Source of the DNA: Minisyncoccia bacterium
GTDB lineage: Bacteria > Patescibacteriota > Minisyncoccia > Phycocordibacterales > Phycocordibacteraceae
Length of the DNA stretch: 48,284 nucleotides
Assembly (NCBI GenBank): GCA_041623915.1
Contig: JBFJWB010000001.1
Span: 1 to 48,284 of the forward strand
Direction: 5' to 3'
The position numbers and the translations under genes are program-made. Below the pieces are notes generated by a model, which saw only the letters and a program-made list of their open reading frames with translations, was not told where the DNA came from and searched no databases. Shown here piece by piece: positions 36,024 to 43,986 of the stretch (position 1 is its first letter; each line of letters begins with the position of its first letter).

Positions 36024-37706
36024 ATGAGTATGTTAAAAGTAAGCAATCTACATAAGAGTTATGGTGCCACTGTCGTGTTCTTCGACATTTCGTTCTCGCT
36101 CGAGCGAGGACAGAAAGTGGCATTGGTCGGCAGTAACGGAAGCGGGAAATCAACCCTGCTCCGTATGATTGCTGGCGTTGAGAAAAAGGACGATGGGGAC
36201 ATCGACTTCTCGAAGCATGCCTGCGTTGGCTATTTGCCACAGGACACGAGCACTATCGAAGACTTACCAATCCGTGATTATTTGCGGAAAGTGGCTGGTG
36301 TCGATGTTATCGAGTCGCGCATGCACGAGCTGTCGCAGAACCTTGAAGATAAGGCTGCAGCAGAGGAGTACAGTGACCTGCAGGAGGTATATCTTCATCT
36401 CGATGGATACGCATTTGAACATCGTATGGAGATGGTGTTGGCCGGCTTCGGCCTCTCCGACGTCGGTCTTGAACGTCGCGCATCGCAGTTGAGCAGTGGA
36501 CAGAAGTCGAAGGTTACTTTGGCCGGCATTCTTCTCAAGGGTGTCGATGTCCTATTGCTCGATGAACCAACCAACAATCTCGACCTGCCCGCTTTGGTTT
36601 GGTTGGAAGATTATCTGCGTAAGTCAGAGGCAACGGCGATTATTGTGTCCCACGATCGTCGCTTTCTTGATCAGACGGTGCGGAAAGTCTTTGAGCTTGA
36701 TGCGAGCACCAACACACTCAACATCTCAGGAGGTACTTACAGCGACTATCTTGCAATGAAATCGAAGCGCTTCGCGAGACAGCTTCAGGAGTTCGAACAA
36801 CAACAGGAGGAAATCGGTAGACTCTCTGAGCGAGCTGGTCGTCTCCGGTCTAGTTCGGACAAGGGGTCTAACTGGAAGGGATCCGACAACGACAAGTTTC
36901 TACGTGGCTTTAAGCAAGATCGGGCTGGCCGTTCGGCCCGAACAGCAAAGTCGATTGAAAAACGTATCGATCGTATTGATCGTGTTGAAAAACCAATCGA
37001 ACGTGATCCTCTCAGGATCGAGCTGAAAGCCCAGGAGTCCCCGAGTTCATGTGTGATAACACTTTCGGATTTGGTCGTGGGGTATAAGGATGGGTTCCAA
37101 GCCGGTCCACTTTCCCTCACCATCTCACCCGGAGTCCGTGTCGGCATCATGGGTCTAAATGGGAGCGGGAAGTCGACTTTGCTCAAGACCATTGCAGGGG
37201 AGCTGTCCCCAGTTTCTGGTTCAGTCGAAATCGGTCGTGGCCTCAAGTTAGGCAACATGATGCAGGAACACGAAACCCTGCCTCGTGACATGACCGTGCT
37301 CGAATGTGCCATGAAGCGGATGGGTTTGGCGACGCAGGGTACATTTGCACATCTGGTCAAGTTCGATCTTTCGGAAAGCCAGATCCGTCAGCCGATTAGC
37401 AACTTGAGTCCAGGCGGGAGAGCTCGTCTCTTGTTGGCGATTTTCGCAGCAACTGCAGTTAACGCGTTGTTGCTCGATGAGCCAACTAACCATCTTGATC
37501 TTGAAGCGCTTGAGGCACTCGAAGAAGCTCTAGAGACATATCAAGGGACGGTAATCTTGGTGTCTCACGACCGTTACTTTCTGGAGACCGCAAAGCTCGA
37601 TTTGGTGTACGTCTTGTCGGATGGAGTCTTCACAAAGATTCCTGATTACACTGTGTACGTCAAAGAAGCGGAAGCGCGCGCAGAGCAACTACTACGTTCG
37701 TTGTAA
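36024..37706 (+). CDS. ABC-F family ATPase (two ABC domains, no TM domain)
   Basis: Walker A GSNGSGKST and GLNGSGKST, signatures LSSGQKSK and LSPGGRAR, plus a charged inter-domain linker. RBS CAGGAG. Confidence 0.9.
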   Translation: MSMLKVSNLHKSYGATVVFFDISFSLERGQKVALVGSNGSGKSTLLRMIAGVEKKDDGDIDFSKHACVGYLPQDTSTIEDLPIRDYLRKVAGVDVIESRMHELSQNLEDKAAAEEYSDLQEVYLHLDGYAFEHRMEMVLAGFGLSDVGLERRASQLSSGQKSKVTLAGILLKGVDVLLLDEPTNNLDLPALVWLEDYLRKSEATAIIVSHDRRFLDQTVRKVFELDASTNTLNISGGTYSDYLAMKSKRFARQLQEFEQQQEEIGRLSERAGRLRSSSDKGSNWKGSDNDKFLRGFKQDRAGRSARTAKSIEKRIDRIDRVEKPIERDPLRIELKAQESPSSCVITLSDLVVGYKDGFQAGPLSLTISPGVRVGIMGLNGSGKSTLLKTIAGELSPVSGSVEIGRGLKLGNMMQEHETLPRDMTVLECAMKRMGLATQGTFAHLVKFDLSESQIRQPISNLSPGGRARLLLAIFAATAVNALLLDEPTNHLDLEALEALEEALETYQGTVILVSHDRYFLETAKLDLVYVLSDGVFTKIPDYTVYVKEAEARAEQLLRSL

Positions 37707-37713
37707 GCAATAT

Positions 37714-37752
37714 TGGCCCGGGAATTACGAAAGTGATTTCTGGGCCATTTTT
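37714..37752 (+). terminator. Probable terminator at the GC-rich/AT-rich transition
   Basis: TGGCCC...GGGCCA stem followed by TTTTT. Confidence 0.45.
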
Positions 37753-37767
37753 CTATATAATCTGTAC

Positions 37768-38280
37768 ATGCTGAACTTAGACAACCTGATTTTACAAATA
37801 CAACACTCCCAAAAGACACTTTTTATCCTGTGTGGTTTTCCTTATGCAGGTAAGTCGTATGTGGCAAGTACAGTGTGCGCACAAACAGATATAGCGTTTG
37901 TGAGTATTGATGAAATCTTCCACGCACGTGGATTTGATTGGAATACCGACACTCTGCCAAATGCAGAGGAATGGGCGCAGATATTTGACGAGTCATTCGA
38001 AAGAACAAAAGACCTGCTCGCACAAGGAAAGAATGTACTCTATGACTCGACCAATCAAACAGTGGAGAGTAGAGATCAATTGAGGAAGGTTGCTGATTCT
38101 GTTGGTGCGGATGCTAGGGTGGTATACGTCAAAACAGCAGTGGAGACAGTCTGGAAGCGTTGGGAAGACGCTCGAGAAAACCAACATCGCTCAGTGGTGG
38201 GTAGGGAGCTGGTACAAGCGACCATTGATATGTTTGAAGAACCTGCAAAGGCGGAGCAGGTGCTAATCATTGAGAATTAA
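37768..38280 (+). CDS. P-loop kinase-like protein (AAA_33 / zeta-toxin-like fold)
   Basis: Walker A LCGFPYAGKSY, then VLYDSTN. Confidence 0.6.
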   Translation: MLNLDNLILQIQHSQKTLFILCGFPYAGKSYVASTVCAQTDIAFVSIDEIFHARGFDWNTDTLPNAEEWAQIFDESFERTKDLLAQGKNVLYDSTNQTVESRDQLRKVADSVGADARVVYVKTAVETVWKRWEDARENQHRSVVGRELVQATIDMFEEPAKAEQVLIIEN

Positions 38281-38379
38281 GTGACAGATCAAAGATTCGT
38301 TTCTGTGTCACTTTTGTAACTTTTGATGCGTTCGAGACGCGTTAATTACAGTATCTCCATAAAGCGATACAATGGTGTT

Positions 38380-38820
38380 ATGGAGAAAGAAAAGAAGTTC
38401 GTTATCCGCTGTAGAGCGATTATTGTGCACGAAGGAAGGCTGCTGGTAGTGCGTCACGCGCACGATACCAGTTTTGCTGCTCTTCCAGGCGGTCACTTGG
38501 AGTGGGGAGAGGATGCAAAGGAGTGTATGAGTAGAGAAATAGTAGAAGAATTGGGAGTAAGGCCGGAGATAGGTAGATTGTTGTATATCAATACTTTTAT
38601 TGATGGCGTGGACACACAGCCCATAGAGTTCTTTTTTGAGGTGTTAAACGGTGCAGATTATCTAAACAGCGATAATTTGGCTCGGACACATGCCCATGAG
38701 ATTTCTGAAATAGTTTGGGCAAGCCCAACTGATGATATAAAGATACTTCCCGAGAAAATGGGAGCAGATTTTAAGAGAGGCAGACTTTTTTCTGATGAGA
38801 TTCGATACCTTAAGGGTTAA
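38380..38820 (+). CDS. Nudix hydrolase (intact Nudix box)
   Basis: GGHLEWGEDAKECMSREIVEELGV fits Gx5Ex7REUxEExGU. Confidence 0.85.
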   Translation: MEKEKKFVIRCRAIIVHEGRLLVVRHAHDTSFAALPGGHLEWGEDAKECMSREIVEELGVRPEIGRLLYINTFIDGVDTQPIEFFFEVLNGADYLNSDNLARTHAHEISEIVWASPTDDIKILPEKMGADFKRGRLFSDEIRYLKG

Positions 38821-38830
38821 GAAAAAAGAT

Positions 38831-38924
38831 GCGCTCGAGACGCGTCGTTTGGTTGAGGTAGAACATAGTCAATCGGACTAACTCAGGCTTGACCGATAAA
38901 AGTTCGAGCTCGAGACGGCCAGCC
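38831..38924 (+). repeat. R1, 94-nt repeat element (tRNA-Gln 3'-end-like tail)
   Basis: 87 of 94 nt are identical to 41079-41172. The 3' part, GTTCGAG-N10-CCAGCC, has the same spacing as the tRNA-Gln T-loop to 3' end. Confidence 0.8.
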
Positions 38925-38948
38925 AACTCGTGCAAGGTTCTCGCGCTC
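38919..38948 (+). repeat. Right copy of the 30-nt direct repeat; candidate attR
   Basis: CCAGCCAACTCGTGCAAGGTTCTCGCGCTC matches 14680-14709 at 28 of 30 positions. Confidence 0.6.
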
Positions 38949-38997
38949 TAAACGTGTCGCTTAGCAAAACAATCTGAAGCGGTATAATGATCAAGTT

Positions 38998-41046
38998 ATG
39001 AAAATAGAGATTCGGAAAGATGATTTAGTAGAAGATCTACACGGCACGAAAGTGGCAGACCCGTATCGTTGGCTCGAAGGTAATCCCAATGAGCCCGAAC
39101 TATATAAATGGCTCATCGAAGAAGCGTCTGTTGCGTCTCAGTATTTCTCCTCACTCCCGATAAGAAATGTTCTTCGCAATGAACTTAAAAATCTCGCCGA
39201 ATTTGAATCAGTAAGCACGCCAATCGTTCGCGGTAATCGTTATTTCTATACTAAACGAGAAGCGAAGCAGGATATGCCGGTGCTCTATGTTCGAGAAGGT
39301 CTGGAAGGGAAAGAGCGTCAACTTATTGATCCAAATTCTCTGTCTCCAGATAAAAGCACTGTTCTCTCGGGCTGGATTCCCGATCGCGATGGAAAGTGGA
39401 TCTCATATGGGCTCTCAAAGTCAGGAAACGATAAACGGGCGTTACATGTATTGAATGTTGACACGGGCGATATTCTTCTTGATTCCATATCTGACGACGT
39501 CTATCCAAGCATGAGCGCATGGAACGCGGATGGTACGGGTTTTTGGTATATACGACGAGATCCTGAGGCTCAAAAAGACGAACTCAAATTTCATAAAAGA
39601 TTGTATTTTCATAGGCTAGGAGAGGTTTCCGATGAGGATGCATATATATGGGGCAAAGGATTTGCGAAAGAATGGCAGCCGTCGGTACAGCTCTCTCATG
39701 ATGGAAAATATTTGCTTGGAACCATTTGGGGTCAGGAAAATGGAGAGCATTGGTCTGAGATTTATATTAAGAAAGCTGATAGTGAATCAGATTTTATACT
39801 CGTACTGGAGCGTGTTCCTGGTGCAAAGCATCACGGGCACATTCACCGAGATGTACTATATGTGAGTACAAATCATGGTGCGCCACACTTTAAACTCATG
39901 GCGACACTTCTCGATAAGGCGCTTGCAGGTGAACCTGAGTTTACCGACCTCTTACCCGAGACTGATGACTTGCTCGCAGGATTTAAGTTCATTGGCGAGA
40001 AGCTCTTTATTGAATACATTCACAATGTACAGTCCATCTTGAATGAATATTCACTTTCTGGAAATTGTGTACGGAGCATTAAACTTCCTGGCATAGGCAC
40101 TTTAGGTGGAATGTCTGGAGAATCTGAAGGTAGAGAGATGTTTTATTTGTTTACTTCTTTTGCGTACCCACCAACGATTTTTCGAATGGATATTGAATCG
40201 GAAGAGGTAACTGTATTTCATACAGTAGAGCCAACTTTCAACATACATTCAATTACTACCGAACAAGTATGGTATCCATCAAAAGATGGGACAAAAATAC
40301 CAATGTTTCTCGTGTACAAGAAAGGTCTGCAAAAGAACGGAAACAATCCAACCATGCTTTATGGGTATGGGGGATTTGATATCAGTCTTCGTCCTGCATA
40401 TACCATCAATCCCATACCACTTATTGAGCGCGGGGGTATTTACGCGGTAGCCAATCTTCGCGGCGGCGGTGAGTTCGGGCGCAAATGGCACGAGGCCGGA
40501 ATGAAGCAGAACAAGCAAAATGTATTTGATGATTTTATGGCGGCCGCTGAATTCCTAATCGCACAGAAGTACACTTCAAGAGACAAGTTAGCCGTCATGG
40601 GCAGCAGCAATGGAGGGCTTCTTGTGTCTGTACTCGAAACGCAGCGACCAAATTTAGTGCAGGCTGTAGTATGTCGCGTACCAGTCTCAGATATGTTGCG
40701 CTTCCACCTTCATCATGGTGGCCGCCATTGGATTCCTGATTTCGGGGACCCTGGTAATGCGGGCATGTTTAAGTATCTTTTAGGATATAGCCCCTATCAC
40801 AACATACGAGATGGAGAGAAATATCCTGCGACACTCATCATGACGTCAGATGGCGATGATCGCGTGCACCCGCTTCATGCGTACAAATTAGCTGCACGCC
40901 TTCAAGAGGCGAACGCATCAGAGAATCCTATTCTCATGCGTGTGGAGATGAAAGCAGGACATGGCGGAGCATTTGCGGTTTCGCGTGCAGTGGAACAAGA
41001 AGCAGATGTGTGGAGCTTTGTGTTTGATCAACTGAAGGTGGGGTAG
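38998..41046 (+). CDS. Prolyl oligopeptidase (S9A family serine peptidase)
   Basis: N-terminal DPYRWLE, beta-propeller region, catalytic GSSNGGLL, then DDRVHP and H in AGHG. Confidence 0.9.
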   Translation: MKIEIRKDDLVEDLHGTKVADPYRWLEGNPNEPELYKWLIEEASVASQYFSSLPIRNVLRNELKNLAEFESVSTPIVRGNRYFYTKREAKQDMPVLYVREGLEGKERQLIDPNSLSPDKSTVLSGWIPDRDGKWISYGLSKSGNDKRALHVLNVDTGDILLDSISDDVYPSMSAWNADGTGFWYIRRDPEAQKDELKFHKRLYFHRLGEVSDEDAYIWGKGFAKEWQPSVQLSHDGKYLLGTIWGQENGEHWSEIYIKKADSESDFILVLERVPGAKHHGHIHRDVLYVSTNHGAPHFKLMATLLDKALAGEPEFTDLLPETDDLLAGFKFIGEKLFIEYIHNVQSILNEYSLSGNCVRSIKLPGIGTLGGMSGESEGREMFYLFTSFAYPPTIFRMDIESEEVTVFHTVEPTFNIHSITTEQVWYPSKDGTKIPMFLVYKKGLQKNGNNPTMLYGYGGFDISLRPAYTINPIPLIERGGIYAVANLRGGGEFGRKWHEAGMKQNKQNVFDDFMAAAEFLIAQKYTSRDKLAVMGSSNGGLLVSVLETQRPNLVQAVVCRVPVSDMLRFHLHHGGRHWIPDFGDPGNAGMFKYLLGYSPYHNIRDGEKYPATLIMTSDGDDRVHPLHAYKLAARLQEANASENPILMRVEMKAGHGGAFAVSRAVEQEADVWSFVFDQLKVG

Positions 41047-41078
41047 GTGGTCGTGTGGTGTCCATAGTAATTTTTGGT

Positions 41079-41172
41079 GTGCTCGAGACGCGTCGTTTGG
41101 TCTGGGTAGAAGATAGTCAATCGGACTAACCCAGGCTTGACCGATAAAAGTTCGAGCCCGAGACGGCCAGCC
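41079..41172 (+). repeat. R2, second copy of the 94-nt repeat element
   Basis: See R1. The substitutions cluster in two segments (TTGAG/CTCAG versus TCTGGG/CCCAGG) that can still pair. Confidence 0.8.
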
Positions 41173-41329
41173 CGAGTTCTCTACGCTTCACGAGCGTACG
41201 AGGAGGATCGTTACGTAGGTGATTAAATCTATCCTGCAATTGGTATATCTGTTGAGTATCGTAGTTAGTGATAAACCACCCGAACTCGAGTGTTTTTCAG
41301 CATATAATCTCAAGGAATAGCTTCATTTT

Positions 41330-41632
41330 ATGACCTCATACAATAAATTGGTGCGGGACGGAATTCCAGAAATGCTGGATAAGAAGAACGTGGCGTATGA
41401 GAAGCGTATTGCCAACCATGAAGAATACAAAGTAGAGCTCATAAAGAAACTGGATGAAGAGTCAATGGAATTCGCTGAAGCAGGGGAAGTAGAGGAACTT
41501 ACTGATGTACTTGAGGTTATTGTTTCACTCCGTACGCTTCCAGAATATGAGCATGTGGAAGTACTTCAGGAAGCGAAGCGGCTAGAACGAGGAGGCTTTG
41601 AGGGGAGAATCATACTAAAGGGAGAAAAATAA
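41330..41632 (+). CDS. MazG-like / phosphoribosyl-ATP pyrophosphohydrolase-like NTP pyrophosphatase
   Basis: YNKLVRDGIPEML..., EESMEFAEAG..EELTDVLEVI. Small all-alpha NTP-PPase pattern. Confidence 0.7.
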   Translation: MTSYNKLVRDGIPEMLDKKNVAYEKRIANHEEYKVELIKKLDEESMEFAEAGEVEELTDVLEVIVSLRTLPEYEHVEVLQEAKRLERGGFEGRIILKGEK

Positions 41633-41659
41633 TGGCATGCTACACTTTCCAACAAGTAT

Positions 41660-42598
41660 ATGGACATCTTGATCAGTCTTGGCATATTTGTGGGGGCGCT
41701 CGTAGCGCTGGTAAAAGGAGCTGACTGGGTACTGCATTCCTCGCAAAAGATTGGATTGGCACTCGGAATGCCTCCATTTTTAGTAGGTGTACTTATTGTT
41801 GGATTTGGGACTTCTGCACCAGAACTGGTTTCTTCTGTAGCAGGCATGCTGAAGGGTGTTACTGAGATTCCAGCTGCCAATGCAATAGGTTCAAACATTG
41901 CCAATATATTGCTTGTCGTCGGCGTCGCAGCTTTGTTCTCAAAGAAGACACTAACCATAACAAAGAATTTAATTGATCTGGAGATACCACTTCTTGTTAT
42001 AGTTACGTTGTACTTTTTTGGAGTTGCATATGATGGGATAATCACACGTCCGGAATCATTTTTCTTGCTTATAGGTTTTGTTTCATACTTAGCGTACTCA
42101 TTTTTTCATAGTGACGATGTCGCAAAGGAGGAGGGAATGCAACGATCCAAGCTGGCCTTTACTGACGGAGTATTGCTCCCATTTGGTTTCGTACTGTTAA
42201 TAGGTGGTGCCAAGTATATGATTGATGCCGTTATAATGCTTTCCGCATCTGCAGGTATATCTGTTGGAGTAATTACTGTCTTTGCTGTTGCACTCGGTAC
42301 CTCTTTGCCTGAGCTTATTGTTTCCATAAGGGCAGCACGCACAGGCCATGGTGAACTTGCGATTGGGAACATCTTCGGCTCAAACATTTTCAATCTTCTG
42401 CTTGTGGTTGGAGCTTCTGGAGTTGTTGGTACTCAGTATCTTGACGTGCCGACTGTCGCCATTGCACTGCCAGTTCTCTTGGGTACGACACTTCTATTTG
42501 TCATCTCAGGTATATCAAATAAAATCCACAAATGGGAAGGGTGGTTCTACCTGCTTGTATACATACTCTTTATTGTGAAATTATTTGGCTGGGTATAG
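41660..42598 (+). CDS. Ca2+/Na+ antiporter (CaCA family, YrbG-like)
   Basis: Two alpha-repeat motifs, GFGTSAPEL and ALGTSLPEL, with about 10 TM segments. Confidence 0.85.
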   Translation: MDILISLGIFVGALVALVKGADWVLHSSQKIGLALGMPPFLVGVLIVGFGTSAPELVSSVAGMLKGVTEIPAANAIGSNIANILLVVGVAALFSKKTLTITKNLIDLEIPLLVIVTLYFFGVAYDGIITRPESFFLLIGFVSYLAYSFFHSDDVAKEEGMQRSKLAFTDGVLLPFGFVLLIGGAKYMIDAVIMLSASAGISVGVITVFAVALGTSLPELIVSIRAARTGHGELAIGNIFGSNIFNLLLVVGASGVVGTQYLDVPTVAIALPVLLGTTLLFVISGISNKIHKWEGWFYLLVYILFIVKLFGWV

Positions 42599-42622
42599 CT
42601 ACCTTATAGTGTCCAATTAAAA

Positions 42623-42646
42623 AACCCGCAGTGTGCACTGCGGGTT
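42623..42646. terminator. Bidirectional terminator
   Basis: AACCCGCAGTG-TG-CACTGCGGGTT between convergent genes, flanked by A and T runs. Confidence 0.75.
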
Positions 42647-42650
42647 AACT

Positions 42651-43886
42651 TTATTTAGAGTATTCATGCTTGTTAAATAACTCACGGAGGGCCAGATACG
42701 CCTGTTTCGGAGTGTACACAAGCCTCATGGCGAACCGCTCATCATTTAACTCACGGTACTCCAGTCCGAGTGTGTTCAGTTCCTCTTCAAGTCCAAGTGA
42801 ATGTTCATCATTAGGAATCTCAATATAGGCGAAGTACCGTACAATCGGAAGTAAATTCTCCTTTAAGAACATTAGACAATTGGAAGCATCACGCTCTGTA
42901 GCATCACCATCAGACGCTTGAGTTCCATATACATCCCATGCAGATTGAGGGAACCGCTTATTAGCAATTTCTCGCATAAGATGAAGTGCGGGGAATACTC
43001 TAGTGCCTCCAGTCTTAGTGCCGTAGAAGAATTCATCTTCATCTACTTCTTCAGCTTCGCTCGTATGACGGATGAAGATAATTTCCACACGCTCATACTT
43101 TCGTGAAAGGAAAAGATACAGTAGTGCAAAGAATCTTTTTGCTAAACCCTTCTCGCGTTGTCTCATGGATGCAGAAACATCCATGAGACAAAACATAACC
43201 GCCTGATTTATCAGTTTTGGTTCTGGAGCGCGATGTCGAAAACGCAAATCCACCTCATCAATCCAAGGAACGTTTTTCAGTCGTGTTTCCAAAAGAGCAA
43301 TTTCCTCATCGTTCCCATCAGTCTTTTTGAGTTCTTCAATTTCACGTCGCAACGCTCCTTTTGCAGCTATGCGTCGAGCAAGAGCGTTGGTACGCGAGCG
43401 AGGAATGGAAAGATTGGCGATAGCGCCACGTGGCGTATAGCCGGAACGATGAAATACCATCTCGCTTGTGCTCATAAGAATTTCCCGAGTTAAGCGAGGG
43501 AGTTCCATGTCGCGAAAGTAGACATTCATGAATTCGTCACGAGAAAGAGTGAAGGTGAAATCATCCTCGCCATCACCATCACCATGCTCATTACCTTCTT
43601 TACTGTGTTGGCGTTTGATTTTATCGCCAGCCATGAATTCCTTGTTGCCCGGATGTACGGTATTTTTGTCACCACCCGTGGAAGCATTGTGAAAAGTTGG
43701 TTCTCTCAAGTCTTTGGTTGGGATGTGCACATCGCCAGCGCGATTTAAGTCAGTAATGGAACGTTCGTTCGCGATCTGTTCTACTGACCGTTTAATTTGT
43801 TTCTTAAAGCGCCTTAAAAGACGCGCTCGGTTCGTGGCGCTTTTACCTCGTGGGTTCGTGCGCCGATCTATGATGATGTTTTGCAT
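42651..43886 (-). CDS. yeaH: DUF444 (UPF0229) YeaH/YhbH-family protein
   Basis: N-terminal MQNIIIDRRTNPRGKSATNRARLLRRFKKQIK and an internal vWA-like CLMDVSASM. Start taken at the ATG 43886. Confidence 0.85.
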   Translation of the reverse strand: MQNIIIDRRTNPRGKSATNRARLLRRFKKQIKRSVEQIANERSITDLNRAGDVHIPTKDLREPTFHNASTGGDKNTVHPGNKEFMAGDKIKRQHSKEGNEHGDGDGEDDFTFTLSRDEFMNVYFRDMELPRLTREILMSTSEMVFHRSGYTPRGAIANLSIPRSRTNALARRIAAKGALRREIEELKKTDGNDEEIALLETRLKNVPWIDEVDLRFRHRAPEPKLINQAVMFCLMDVSASMRQREKGLAKRFFALLYLFLSRKYERVEIIFIRHTSEAEEVDEDEFFYGTKTGGTRVFPALHLMREIANKRFPQSAWDVYGTQASDGDATERDASNCLMFLKENLLPIVRYFAYIEIPNDEHSLGLEEELNTLGLEYRELNDERFAMRLVYTPKQAYLALRELFNKHEYSK

Positions 43887-43986
43887 GACACCCTCCTTGT
43901 AAAGGTACGTAGAAAACTGGAGAAAACCTACCACTTAGAAAAGACAAAGTAAATGTATGGCGCATTTGCTATAGTAGTGGGTATAT

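Larger units (their letters stand above)
14680..38948. mobile_element. Candidate tRNA-Gln-associated genomic island (about 24 kb, mosaic)
   Basis: Bounded by the 30-nt direct repeat. The interior holds a GC-rich block, a serine recombinase, terminase genes and accessory metabolism. No tyrosine integrase was seen. Confidence 0.45.

Noticed and set aside
38831-41172. R1 and R2 as a CRISPR array or other short tandem array.
   Set aside because: There are only two full copies, each 94 nt long and 2.2 kb apart, with a full-length peptidase gene between them. No cas genes are present.
41566-42393. Antisense ORFs inside the CaCA gene (41566-42045 -, 42106-42393 -).
   Set aside because: They are mirror images of a hydrophobic membrane protein gene, whereas the + frame has both GTSxPEL signature repeats.
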